64,000 nt of DNA from Bacillota bacterium. GTDB lineage: Bacteria; Bacillota; Desulfotomaculia; Desulfotomaculales; VENG01. Of the stretch, positions 19,123 to 28,614 are shown in pieces. Both the position numbers and the translations under genes were made by a program. The stretch spans positions 65,709 through 129,708 of the forward strand of contig VENG01000015.1 of NCBI GenBank assembly GCA_009711705.1, in the 5' to 3' direction. A model generated the notes under the pieces. The model did no database searches. It was not told the DNA's origin and was given only the letters and a program-made list of their open reading frames with translations. The first letter of the stretch is position 1. Each line of letters begins with the position of its first letter.

Positions 19123-20368
19123 CTCCCCAGCTGTTCAGGTATGCATATTGATCGTCGGTTAAACTGTCAATTTCAATACCCATGGACTTCAGTTTAAGGT
19201 CTGCAACACGGCGATCCAGATCTTCCGGCACTACATATACTTTTTTATCCAACTGCGCACCGTGATTTAATATATGCCGGGCAGATAATGCCTGCAGGGC
19301 AAAGGACATGTCCATAATCTCCGCCGGGTGCCCGTCACCTGCAGCCAGATTTACCAAACGTCCCTCTGCTAACAGGTAAATGCGGCGCCCGTCCGGGAGT
19401 TTAAACTCTTCAATATTTGTGCGTACTTCCCTGCGGGAAACAGAAGATTTTTCAAGCTCTGGAATATTTATCTCCAAGTCGAAGTGCCCTGCATTACACA
19501 GTATAGCACCATCCTTCATCCGGTTATAGTGCCGTTCACGCAGAAGATCCTTACAGCCCGTTACCGTAACAAAAACATCTCCACGAGAGGCAGCCTCGTC
19601 GCTGCTCATAACTTCAAAGCCATCCATATAAGCTTCAATAGCTTTGATGGGGTCAACGTCACATACTATTACCTTTGCACCCAGGCCTTTAGCACGCATA
19701 GCAACGCCTTTACCGCACCACCCATAACCGAAAACAACAACTGTTTTTCCGGCTACTATAAGATTTGTTGTACGCATAATTCCTGACCATGTGGATTCTC
19801 CGGTGCCATATCTATTGTCAAAAAGATATTTACAAAAAGCATCGTTAACAGCAAGCATAGGAAAACGAAGCTGACCGGCCTGTTCCATTGCCCTTAAGCG
19901 AAGTACGCCGGTGGTAGTTTCCTCACTTCCACCTATCACTTCACCGGCCTGGTCTTTCAACTCTGTGTGCAGCATGTGCACCAGGTCACCACCGTCGTCA
20001 ATTATAATGCGAGGGTGGGTTGACAACGTTTTCCGCAAATGCTCTGTATATTCTTCGTCAGTGGCATCGTACCAGGCAAAGACATTAATGCCTTCCCTGG
20101 CAAGCGCGGCTGCCACATCATCCTGGGTGGAAAGGGGATTGGAACCTGTAATTGCTACCTCAGCTCCACCAGCCCTCATTACTTCTGCCAAATATGCGGT
20201 TTTCGCTTCCAAATGAATGCTCATTGCTACCCGCATCCCTTTAAAAGGAAGCTCTCTTTCGAATTCATCACGAATGGCGTTTAATACAGGCATGTGGGCC
20301 CTTACCCACTCAATTTTGAGCCTGCCGCTATCTGCCAGGTTAATGTCACGAACAATGTAGTCAGACAC
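19115..20368 (-). CDS. ahcY: Adenosylhomocysteinase (short, archaeal/Firmicute type)
   Basis: 417 aa. NAD-binding GYGWCGKG and an N-terminal MSDYIVRDINLADSGR...-type start. Confidence 0.93.
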   Translation of the reverse strand: MSDYIVRDINLADSGRLKIEWVRAHMPVLNAIRDEFERELPFKGMRVAMSIHLEAKTAYLAEVMRAGGAEVAITGSNPLSTQDDVAAALAREGINVFAWYDATDEEYTEHLRKTLSTHPRIIIDDGGDLVHMLHTELKDQAGEVIGGSEETTTGVLRLRAMEQAGQLRFPMLAVNDAFCKYLFDNRYGTGESTWSGIMRTTNLIVAGKTVVVFGYGWCGKGVAMRAKGLGAKVIVCDVDPIKAIEAYMDGFEVMSSDEAASRGDVFVTVTGCKDLLRERHYNRMKDGAILCNAGHFDLEINIPELEKSSVSRREVRTNIEEFKLPDGRRIYLLAEGRLVNLAAGDGHPAEIMDMSFALQALSARHILNHGAQLDKKVYVVPEDLDRRVADLKLKSMGIEIDSLTDDQYAYLNSWGDE

Positions 20369-20406
20369 TTATATTTTCCTCCCTTTTTTATGTTGATTGT
20401 CTACGG

Positions 20407-21435
20407 TTATTTTAGAGCCGCAAGGCCCTGGGCATATGGCGAACGGGCAATTCCCTTATCTGTAATTATAGCTGTCACCAGGTCAGACGGGGTTACATCA
20501 AAGGCAGGGTTCCAGACCCGGACACCTTCCGGAGCGACAGCCTGCCCGGCCAGGCCTGTAACTTCGTGCCATTCCCGTTCCTCAATGGGAATTTGGCTCC
20601 CGGAACCAAGTTTAAAATCTATGGTTGACATAGGCGCAGCCACATAAAACGGTATGTTATGTTGTTTAGCCAAAACAGCTACACTGTAAGTACCGATTTT
20701 ATTGGCTACATCTCCGTTGGCTGCTATACGGTCAGCGCCCACAATGACTATGTCCACCATGCCCTTATACATTAAATACCCTGCCATATTGTCAGTAATT
20801 ATAGTGACCGGGATATTTTCCTGCATCATTTCCCATGCAGTCAACCGGGCACCCTGTAAAAGCGGCCTGGTTTCGTCTGCATAAACACTGATATCCAGCC
20901 CCTTTGCCTGGGCTGCACGGATTACCCCCAAAGCAGTGCCGTAACCGGCCGTGGCTAATGCCCCGGCATTACAATGGGTTAATATCCTGGCTCCGTGGGG
21001 GATAAGGTTAAGGCCGTGCTGCCCCATCTGCTTATTCCCTTCGACATCCTCATTAAAGATATTATGTGCTTCCTCAAGCATATCCGAAATTAGCCCCGCC
21101 GTATCCCGGGCATGGCTTGAATGTACACGGGCAAGCATGCGTTCTAACGCCCACTGCAGGTTAACAGCTGTAGGGCGGGTAGAAGCTATTTCCCGCGCAA
21201 TGTCCTCTATTTTTTTTATAAAGGTAGTATGATTAAGATGCTCTTCAGAAAGAGCTCCAATAACTAACCCGTAAGCTGCTGATGCTCCAATAGCCGGGGC
21301 TCCCCGTACACTAAGCCGTTTGATGGACTGCATCACATCATGGTAGTCTGTGCATTCCAGGTATACCGTTTTCGATGGTAGTTGGGTTTGATCCAGCAGC
21401 TTAAGGCATCTGTCTTCCCAGTACATTGTTTCCAT
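20407..21435 (-). CDS. mtnA: S-methyl-5-thioribose-1-phosphate isomerase
   Basis: 342 aa, eIF-2B alpha/beta/delta-like MtnA family (LLDQTQLP..., VRGAPAIG, GADRIAANGD). Confidence 0.9.
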   Translation of the reverse strand: METMYWEDRCLKLLDQTQLPSKTVYLECTDYHDVMQSIKRLSVRGAPAIGASAAYGLVIGALSEEHLNHTTFIKKIEDIAREIASTRPTAVNLQWALERMLARVHSSHARDTAGLISDMLEEAHNIFNEDVEGNKQMGQHGLNLIPHGARILTHCNAGALATAGYGTALGVIRAAQAKGLDISVYADETRPLLQGARLTAWEMMQENIPVTIITDNMAGYLMYKGMVDIVIVGADRIAANGDVANKIGTYSVAVLAKQHNIPFYVAAPMSTIDFKLGSGSQIPIEEREWHEVTGLAGQAVAPEGVRVWNPAFDVTPSDLVTAIITDKGIARSPYAQGLAALK

Positions 21436-21471
21436 AGGGCTAACTCCAATCTTAGAAGAGGTTATTTGATA

Positions 21472-22257
21472 TTATTTAGTGACCGAGGGGTCTTCAGCTG
21501 GCTCATGGCAAATGCACGACCGTCTCTCATCCAAAACGGAAATGGTACCCATTACCAGTTTGCGCAGGTTGTTAGCATTCTCATCCATTACATCCAGAAC
21601 CTCCTGGTGCGACAGCCTGTCCTGTGAAATCCCTGCGCCAAAGTTAGTCACCATGGCGATGGTTGCGTAGCACATTTGTGCTTCCCGAGCCAGGACTACT
21701 TCCGGTACGCTGGTCATTCCCGCTAAATCTCCTCCCAGGCGAGAAAACATGCTTACTTCAGCCGGTGTTTCAAACCTTGGCCCCTCAGTGCACACGTAGG
21801 TACCCTGATTGTGATATGAAAGCCCTAAGTTTTTTGCTGATTGCTCCAATAATGATCGCAGTTGAGTGCAGTAGGGATCGGTCATATCCAAGTGGATTAC
21901 CCCTTCCTCCACAAAGGTTTGCGGACGTGATTTAGTAAAGTCTAAAAACTGGTCAACAAACACAAAATCCTTTGGCTTCATAGCTTTATTGAACGAACCA
22001 ACGGCAGCGGTAGCAAAAATGTTTTTTACCCCGAGATCTTTCAGAGCCATTATGTTTGCCCGGTAATTTACCAGGTGCGGCGGCACCGAGTGATCCTCAC
22101 CATGCCTGGCCATAAAAGCTACCGACTTGCCCCGATATTTGCCGACCTTAACCTTTACTTTCCCCCATGTGGTCATGACCGTCTCATCCCTTATGTCCTC
22201 AAGTATGTTCGGGTCATATACCCCGGTACCTCCAATAATACCAATCTTAATTGTCAT
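21472..22257 (-). CDS. mtnP: S-methyl-5'-thioadenosine (or -inosine) phosphorylase
   Basis: 261 aa. IGIIGGTG N-terminus, PNP/MTAP family. First gene of the salvage operon. Confidence 0.9.
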   Translation of the reverse strand: MTIKIGIIGGTGVYDPNILEDIRDETVMTTWGKVKVKVGKYRGKSVAFMARHGEDHSVPPHLVNYRANIMALKDLGVKNIFATAAVGSFNKAMKPKDFVFVDQFLDFTKSRPQTFVEEGVIHLDMTDPYCTQLRSLLEQSAKNLGLSYHNQGTYVCTEGPRFETPAEVSMFSRLGGDLAGMTSVPEVVLAREAQMCYATIAMVTNFGAGISQDRLSHQEVLDVMDENANNLRKLVMGTISVLDERRSCICHEPAEDPSVTK

Positions 22258-22391
22258 CTTTTACCCTCCAATATGCAAGCCTTTGTAGATAGCATGGTTG
22301 CCTAACATACTTGGTATTCGCTGTATTTTCAATGTTTTCCTTTCTTCAAGTGACAATTTCACATGATTTTAAAAGTTGTCGGGGATACAAT

Positions 22392-22419
22392 AAAAGTAAG
22401 GCTAGCTAGCCTTACTTTT
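22392..22419 (-). terminator. Intrinsic terminator after ftsY
   Basis: Palindromic AAAAGTAAGGCTAGCTAGCCTTACTTTT starting 4 nt after the ftsY stop, with a T-run on the minus strand. Confidence 0.8.
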
Positions 22420-22423
22420 TCAT

Positions 22424-23371
22424 TTACTCTATTTCATGTTCATCTTCCCTATTATCTATTTTTGTGAACAAAGCTGCTGCAAACTCTCCAGCATCAAACG
22501 CCCGCAAGTCATCCAATCCCTCACCGATTCCAATTAGTTTCACCGGTATATTCAAAGATTCGTTAATACCAATAATAACCCCACCTTTGGCCGTTCCGTC
22601 CAATTTTGTTAAAACGATACCTGTTAAGTCTATTGCTTCATTAAACAGTTTGGCTTGGCTAATAGCATTTTGCCCGGTGGTAGCATCAAGAACTAATAGG
22701 GTTTCGTGAGGTGCTTCAGGAATTTCCCGCCGCAAAACTCTATAAATTTTTTTAAGCTCTTCCATTAGGTTGCTTTTTGTATGTAATCTACCGGCAGTAT
22801 CAATAATCAGGACATCGGCATTACGAGCTTTAGCTGCCTGCAGCGAATCATACGCCACCGCCGCAGGGTCAGCACCATGCTGGTGCTTAATTACATCTAC
22901 CCCAACCCTGTGTCCCCATATTTCCAGCTGCTCTGTGGCCGCTGCCCGAAAAGTGTCCGCTGCCCCGATAATAACTTTTTGGCCCTGAGACTTACACATG
23001 TAAGCCAGCTTTCCGATGGTTGTAGTTTTACCTACCCCGTTAACACCCACTACCATAACCACAACCGGCCCGGGCACATTAAGCTTTAATGCCTGGTTTT
23101 CCCCGCCTAGAACGTCCTGAATTAACTCCTGTAATAACGGCGTTACCGCTTCGGCTTCTTTAATTTTGCGCTGCCTTACCTCCTGGCGAAGGTTTTCTAC
23201 CAAGTCAATAGCAACATCAGCGCCCATATCAGCCTCTATCATAATTTCTTCGAGTTCTTCATAAAGGCTTTCATCAATATTTTTACGTCCTGTGACTAAG
23301 TTCTCAACTTTTTCCACAAACCCTTGGCGAGTCTTGCCCAGGCTGTCCTTAAGTTTTTTAAATAATCCCAT
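22424..23371 (-). CDS. ftsY: Signal recognition particle receptor FtsY
   Basis: 315 aa. GVNGVGKTTT, DTAGR and TKLDGT motifs. Confidence 0.95.
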   Translation of the reverse strand: MGLFKKLKDSLGKTRQGFVEKVENLVTGRKNIDESLYEELEEIMIEADMGADVAIDLVENLRQEVRQRKIKEAEAVTPLLQELIQDVLGGENQALKLNVPGPVVVMVVGVNGVGKTTTIGKLAYMCKSQGQKVIIGAADTFRAAATEQLEIWGHRVGVDVIKHQHGADPAAVAYDSLQAAKARNADVLIIDTAGRLHTKSNLMEELKKIYRVLRREIPEAPHETLLVLDATTGQNAISQAKLFNEAIDLTGIVLTKLDGTAKGGVIIGINESLNIPVKLIGIGEGLDDLRAFDAGEFAAALFTKIDNREDEHEIE

Positions 23372-23394
23372 GAAAAATACTACCTCCGGCTTAT

Positions 23395-24099
23395 TTACTC
23401 CTTTTCTAGGACATTTAGAGCCATTCTGGCGGCTTCCTGTTCGGCCTCCTTTTTAGAATGCCCCTGTCCTTCACCCAGTATTTTTCCCCGGTGGCTTACA
23501 GTAACAGTAAAAGTCTTATCGTGATCAGGCCCTTCTGCACGTACTAACTGGTACTTTACAGGTTCACTGTAGCGCTGCTGCAGATATTCCTGTAATTCAG
23601 TCTTAAAGTCCCTTCCGTATGTCCCGCTTAAAACCCCCTGCAAAACTTCATCAAGCTCTCTTAAGGCAAAATCTCTGGCTAAATGGAACCCCTTGTCCAA
23701 GTATAATGCCCCCAGCAGTGCCTCAAACACATCAGCTAGAATTGAAGGACGCTTTCGGCCGCCTGAACGCTCCTCTCCTCTTCCCATAAACATAGACCTG
23801 CCCAGATCTAATTTACGGGCAACGGAAGCTAAGGAGGGCTCACAAACTATCCTGGCCCTCATTTTAGTTAACTCCCCCTCCGGCTTGTCCGGACACAATA
23901 AGAATAAGTGTTCACTTATGATCAGTTCAAGAACAGCATCACCAAGGAATTCTAGGCGTTCATTATGTTTTATATTTGCCTTACCTTTATTCTCGTAGGC
24001 ATATGAACTGTGAGTTAGGGCCTCTTGCAAGAGAGAAATTCGCTCCCAGTCTATGTTTAGCACTCTTCGGAGGTTTTCCATGCACGTATTGAAAGACAT
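23395..24099 (-). CDS. rnc: Ribonuclease III
   Basis: RNase III signature NERLEFLGDAVLEL and a C-terminal dsRBD (GEGQGHSKKEAEQEAA). Confidence 0.95.
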   Translation of the reverse strand: MSFNTCMENLRRVLNIDWERISLLQEALTHSSYAYENKGKANIKHNERLEFLGDAVLELIISEHLFLLCPDKPEGELTKMRARIVCEPSLASVARKLDLGRSMFMGRGEERSGGRKRPSILADVFEALLGALYLDKGFHLARDFALRELDEVLQGVLSGTYGRDFKTELQEYLQQRYSEPVKYQLVRAEGPDHDKTFTVTVSHRGKILGEGQGHSKKEAEQEAARMALNVLEKE

Positions 24100-24120
24100 T
24101 TTCTCACCTGTTATCTTTAT

Positions 24121-24273
24121 CTGATTTCTAAGACTCCCACTTCTATAAGTGGGAGTTCCTCTTTTTACTTCAGGTGGGGTGGAATCCCACCAGTTGGGGA
24201 CATTCCTCTGCAGGAGGTGTGTCCCCTTTCCTCTTAAGCCCTGATGTTCAGCTTTAGATGGACGAGTTCACTA
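24121..24273. repeat. Structured intergenic repeat, family 1, copy A (inverted relative to copy B at 39551-39664)
   Basis: 24121-24157 is the reverse complement of 39628-39664 (36/37 nt). 24237-24273 is the reverse complement of 39551-39587 (33/37 nt). Hairpins: ACTCCCACTT-CTAT-AAGTGGGAGT (24133-24156), GGTGGG..CCCACC (24173-24191) and GGGGACA..TGTCCCC (24196-24226). Confidence 0.85.
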
Positions 24274-24305
24274 AAGGTTATTGTACTCTTTTTTAAAACA
24301 AAACT

Positions 24306-25544
24306 TTAATCAATACTCTTAAATATCAGACTAACATTATGTCCGCCAAATCCAAAGGAATTAGAAATTGCTGCGCGAACGTGCATATTCCTAGATTGAT
24401 TCGGAACATAGTCCAAATCGCACTCCGGATCGGGGGTATTATAATTGATAGTCGGTGGGATTTGCCCTTGTTTAATAGCCATCACACATGCCACACCCTC
24501 TATAGCACCGGCAGCTCCTAATAAATGGCCGGTCATCGATTTGGTAGAACTTACCGCCAGCTTGGATGCGTGTCCCTCGAATACCTCGTGAATAGCAAGT
24601 GTTTCTGCTTTATCACCAGGAGCAGTGGAAGTACCATGGGCATTCACATAATCTATCTCTTCCGGCTTCATTTGGGCATCTTTAAGGGCCATTTGCATGG
24701 CTAACACGGCACCTTTACCTTCAGGATCCGGGGCTGATATATGATAAGCATCGCAGGTACTGCCATACCCACAAATTTCAGCGTAAATATGGGCTCCCCG
24801 CCGTTGGGCGTGCTCCAGTGTTTCTAAAACCAATGTTGCTGCCCCTTCCCCAATTACAAAACCATCTCTTTCTTTGTCAAACGGACAACTTGCATGTTCC
24901 GGCTCATCATTACGGGTAGACATGGCTTTCATGGAACAAAAACCGGCAATGGCCAGTGGTGTTATAGGTGCCTCAGCCCCACCTGTGATGGCCACATCCG
25001 CCTGTCCTCTCTGCAACAACTTAAAGGAATCCCCGATGGCGTTATTAGCCGATGCACAGGCACTGGTAGTGGTAAGGTTAGGACCACGTAGGCCAAAATT
25101 AATTGCAATTTGTCCGGCAGCCATGTTGGAAATCATCATGGGGATAAAAAAGGGGCTCACCCTTCCCGGTCCACGGCTCAAAAGGGTTTCTTTTTGATTT
25201 TCCAGGGTTTCCAGGCCACCAATGCCAGAACCCATAATTACAGCTACACGGTCCTTATCTGTTTTTTCCAAATCAAGCTCAGCATGGCTCAGGGCCATGC
25301 CTGCCGATGCCAGCGCAAATTGAGAAAACTTGTCCATTCGCCTGGCTGCTTTACGATCCATATAATCTTCCGCTTTGAAATCCTTTACTTCTCCAGCTAT
25401 ACGGGTACTAAAGTCTGCGGCATCGAACCTGGCGATAGGACCAATTCCTGAAACACCATCAATCAGGTTGGACCAAAACCTTTCCAGCCCTGTACCCAAT
25501 GGCGTTACCACGCCCAGTCCCGTAATAACAACCCGTTTATGCAT
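24306..25544 (-). CDS. fabF: 3-oxoacyl-ACP synthase II
   Basis: 412 aa. Active-site region [14 protein letters not shown], plus HGTSTAPGD and GHLLGAAG motifs. Confidence 0.95.
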   Translation of the reverse strand: MHKRVVITGLGVVTPLGTGLERFWSNLIDGVSGIGPIARFDAADFSTRIAGEVKDFKAEDYMDRKAARRMDKFSQFALASAGMALSHAELDLEKTDKDRVAVIMGSGIGGLETLENQKETLLSRGPGRVSPFFIPMMISNMAAGQIAINFGLRGPNLTTTSACASANNAIGDSFKLLQRGQADVAITGGAEAPITPLAIAGFCSMKAMSTRNDEPEHASCPFDKERDGFVIGEGAATLVLETLEHAQRRGAHIYAEICGYGSTCDAYHISAPDPEGKGAVLAMQMALKDAQMKPEEIDYVNAHGTSTAPGDKAETLAIHEVFEGHASKLAVSSTKSMTGHLLGAAGAIEGVACVMAIKQGQIPPTINYNTPDPECDLDYVPNQSRNMHVRAAISNSFGFGGHNVSLIFKSID

Positions 25545-25671
25545 TTTCTCACTCCGTTTTTTTCTTTATATCTTTTCGTAATTTCTCCGGTTTCACTGCC
25601 AAAGATCTGTTATGCGTCCCGGCATGGTAATCACAAGCCGGGACAGTTAACCCAACATGACCGGCCGTACA

Positions 25672-25902
25672 TTACTGGTGATCTTTAATGTACTGTACAG
25701 CCTCTCCCACAGTACGAATCTTTTCGGCATCCTCATCAGGAATTTGCAGATCGAATTCTTCCTCTAAAGCCATAACCAATTCCACTATATCCAAGGAATC
25801 GGCCCCCAAGTCTTCTGTAAAAGATGCTTCCACTTTTACCTCTGCCGCATCCACACCCAACTGCTCTACAATAATTTCCTTAATTCTCTCAATTTCACTC
25901 AT
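25672..25902 (-). CDS. acpP: Acyl carrier protein
   Basis: 76 aa from the ATG at 25902 (GGGAGG RBS). Phosphopantetheine site LGADSLD. Confidence 0.96.
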   Translation of the reverse strand: MSEIERIKEIIVEQLGVDAAEVKVEASFTEDLGADSLDIVELVMALEEEFDLQIPDEDAEKIRTVGEAVQYIKDHQ

Positions 25903-25953
25903 TTTTTTACCTCCCTGCACGATTTAATTGAAAACATCAATTCCCTTGCCTAA

Positions 25954-26697
25954 TTACATACTCATGCCACCATCTACTGCCAATACCTGCCCGTTAATAT
26001 AACCTGCACCTTCACTAGCTAAAAAGGAAACTATAGATGCAACATCTTCAGGGGTGCCCAGGCGGTTTGCGGGGACCTGCTTAAGCATCTCCTGCTCCTT
26101 TTCCTGCGACAACTGAGCTGTCATCTCAGTGGCAATAAAGCCCGGGGCAACAGCATTAACAGTGATATTTCGGGAACCCAGTTCCCGCGCCAGTGACTTA
26201 GTCATACCTAAAAGTCCTGCTTTCGCCGCACAATAGTTAGCTTGCCCCGGATTACCAATTATTCCTACCACCGAAGAAATATTTATTATACGTCCCCACC
26301 GGGCCTTTAGCATTTGCCGGGAAAACGTCTTAGCGCACAAAAACGCTCCCTTAAGATTTACTTGCATTACAGCATCCCAATCCTCTTCTTTCATACGCAA
26401 TATCAAATTATCACGGGTTATACCCGCATTGTTAATGAGAATGTCTACTTTACCGAGAGACGCTGTTATTTCTTTAGCCATGCCATCAACAAAGCCGGGA
26501 TCGGCTACATTTCCTTGTACAACCACTGCCCGTCTACCCATAGCTTCAATTTCCTGCTTAACTTCTTCTGCCTCCACAATTCTGGAAGCGCAATTTATTG
26601 CCACGTGGGCACCCTGCCGGGCTAATTCCAGGGCTATAGCTCTGCCAATACCCCGGGACGAACCAGTAACCAATGCTACTTTATTATTTACCCTCAT
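25954..26697 (-). CDS. fabG: 3-oxoacyl-ACP reductase
   Basis: 247-aa SDR. TGSSRGIGRAIA, NNAG and YCAAKAG motifs. Confidence 0.94.
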   Translation of the reverse strand: MRVNNKVALVTGSSRGIGRAIALELARQGAHVAINCASRIVEAEEVKQEIEAMGRRAVVVQGNVADPGFVDGMAKEITASLGKVDILINNAGITRDNLILRMKEEDWDAVMQVNLKGAFLCAKTFSRQMLKARWGRIINISSVVGIIGNPGQANYCAAKAGLLGMTKSLARELGSRNITVNAVAPGFIATEMTAQLSQEKEQEMLKQVPANRLGTPEDVASIVSFLASEGAGYINGQVLAVDGGMSM

Positions 26698-26700
26698 TTA

Positions 26701-27639
26701 TTAAATAACCTCCTTTACCCGCAACAGAATCGATTCCAACTCCGAACCGGTGTCAGTACAGAATGTAGTTACCTGGCGGTTAATCTTGCGGGTAAGGCCT
26801 GTTAACACTTTGTTTGGCCCAACTTCTAAAAATACCTGGTAGTCGTCACTAAGTAATCTTTCCACTGACTCCTGCCAGCGCACCGGGCTGTAAACTTGAT
26901 CCTTCAGGGCCTTTCTTATTTCGGCTCTGGAGTGCACATAATCTGCGCTTACATTTGCTACCACCGGAATCTCAGGGTCATTTATGGACAGTCCATCCAA
27001 TTCTCCCGCCAAACGATCCCCGGCCGGGCGCATAAGACTGCTGTGGAAAGGAGCGCTTACAGGTAGTTTTATGCAGCGCTTTGCCCCCCATTCTCTTGCT
27101 AGGCTACATGCTGCATCAAGTGCTTCATTTTCACCGGCAATTACAACCTGCCCGGGGCAATTAAGGTTTACCGCCTCCACAACTCCTTGGGAAGATGCTT
27201 TTAAACACAACTCCTGTACGGCTTTAACATCCAGACCCATTACCGCAGCCATACCCCCGCGGCCTAAGGCCACAGCTTCTTGCATAAACAGTCCTCTCTT
27301 GCGAACCAGTTGAACAGCATCCTCGAAATCAATGCTACCGGCAGAAACCAGGGCAGAGTATTCTCCCAAACTATGCCCTGCTGCTGCGTGTGCTTTTAAG
27401 CCCAATTCATTTATTACCTGAAGGTAAGCAACACTGACTGTAAGGATTGCCGGCTGGGCGTTGACAGTCTTGGCCAACTCATCCTCGGGACCCTCAAAAC
27501 ACATGCCGCTCAGATTTATTCCCAGGCGAGCATCTGCACGTTCAAAGATCTCTCTTGCCCGGGGATACATTTCATAAATATTTCGCCCCATACCAACATA
27601 CTGAGAACCCTGCCCCGGAAAAACTAAAGCCAGCTTCAT
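26701..27639 (-). CDS. fabD: Malonyl-CoA:ACP transacylase
   Basis: 312 aa. FPGQGSQ and the active-site GHSLGEYSA. Confidence 0.95.
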   Translation of the reverse strand: MKLALVFPGQGSQYVGMGRNIYEMYPRAREIFERADARLGINLSGMCFEGPEDELAKTVNAQPAILTVSVAYLQVINELGLKAHAAAGHSLGEYSALVSAGSIDFEDAVQLVRKRGLFMQEAVALGRGGMAAVMGLDVKAVQELCLKASSQGVVEAVNLNCPGQVVIAGENEALDAACSLAREWGAKRCIKLPVSAPFHSSLMRPAGDRLAGELDGLSINDPEIPVVANVSADYVHSRAEIRKALKDQVYSPVRWQESVERLLSDDYQVFLEVGPNKVLTGLTRKINRQVTTFCTDTGSELESILLRVKEVI

Positions 27640-28610
27640 TATTCTTTCACCGCCCGTTGTTCCAGTTGGCTTATGATATTTCGGGCCTCATCTACAATTT
27701 GCTTAATTATTTCGCCTGCAGGCTGTATTTCTTTAATCATAGCACAAACCTGGCCGGCCATGACCGAACCAAATTCCACGTCACCATCAACCATAGCACT
27801 TCGCAAGCGCCCCACACCCAGTTTTTCAATCTCCTCCGGGGCGGCACATTTCTTCTCTAATTCCTCAAACTGCCTGCTGAGTTTGTTTTTTAATACCCTT
27901 ACCGGGTGCCCCGTGGACACACCTGTCACCACTGTATCCCTATCCTTGGCTTTCACAAGACATTCTTTCACTTTAGGGTGAATGGCACATTCTTGGGCAG
28001 ACATAAACCTGGTGCCCATTTGCACCCCTTGTGCTCCCAGAGCCAAAGCAGCAACCATTCCCTTTCCGTCATATATACCCCCGGCGGCGATAACAGGAAC
28101 TTCTACTGCCTCAACAACCTGTGGCACTAACGGGAGTGTGCCCAGATCACCCACATGACCTCCGGATTCACGACCCTCGGCAATCAGTGCGTCAATACCA
28201 CTGCGCACTAAACGACGAGCCAGTGCAACAGAGGCCACCACGGGAATAACTTTGCACCCTACATCCTGAAGTGGTTTTACATACTTGCCGGGATTACCGG
28301 CGCCGGTGGTAACTACATGCACCTTTTCCTCAATTAAAACATTTATAATATCATCAACATACGGTGACATCAACATAACATTAACGCCGAAGGGTTTATC
28401 CGTCAGTCGTTTAGCCTGCTGTATTTGTTCCTGAACATACTCCGGCGGGGCCTGACCAGCCCCGATTATACCTAATCCGCCGGCATTACTTACTGCCGCA
28501 ACCAAAGGGGCCGTGGAAACCCAGGCCATACCTCCCTGAACAATTGGATAATTTATATTTAACAAATCGCAAATAGATGTCCGGATATTACCCCTCCTCC
28601 CTCTGTTCAC
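27639..28610 (-). CDS. fabK: Enoyl-ACP reductase II (FMN, nitronate monooxygenase family)
   Basis: 323 aa. YPIVQGGMAWVS motif, located in the fab operon. GTG start 4 nt after the fabH stop. The exact start is uncertain. Confidence 0.85.
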   Translation of the reverse strand: MNRGRRGNIRTSICDLLNINYPIVQGGMAWVSTAPLVAAVSNAGGLGIIGAGQAPPEYVQEQIQQAKRLTDKPFGVNVMLMSPYVDDIINVLIEEKVHVVTTGAGNPGKYVKPLQDVGCKVIPVVASVALARRLVRSGIDALIAEGRESGGHVGDLGTLPLVPQVVEAVEVPVIAAGGIYDGKGMVAALALGAQGVQMGTRFMSAQECAIHPKVKECLVKAKDRDTVVTGVSTGHPVRVLKNKLSRQFEELEKKCAAPEEIEKLGVGRLRSAMVDGDVEFGSVMAGQVCAMIKEIQPAGEIIKQIVDEARNIISQLEQRAVKE

Positions 28611-28614
28611 AAAC

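Noticed and set aside
22258-22423. Looked for an S-box (SAM-I) or other riboswitch upstream of the mtnP-mtnA-ahcY operon.
   Set aside because: The 166-nt spacer shows only the ftsY terminator and a possible TTGAAA-17-TATGTT promoter. None of the conserved SAM-I helices or sequence blocks are present.
24173-24191. tRNA-like T-arm impression in the family 1 repeat hairpins (GGTGGGGTGGAATCCCACC / GGGGATTCAACCCC).
   Set aside because: There is no GTTC(R)A T-loop consensus and no acceptor, D or anticodon arms. I could not fold any tRNA or tmRNA in the window.
25545-25671. Hairpin GTCCCGGC-13 nt-GCCGGGAC in the 127-nt acpP-fabF spacer (minus strand).
   Set aside because: There is no U-tract. It is most simply a partial attenuator or processing site of the kind common after acpP, and nothing distinguishes it further by eye.
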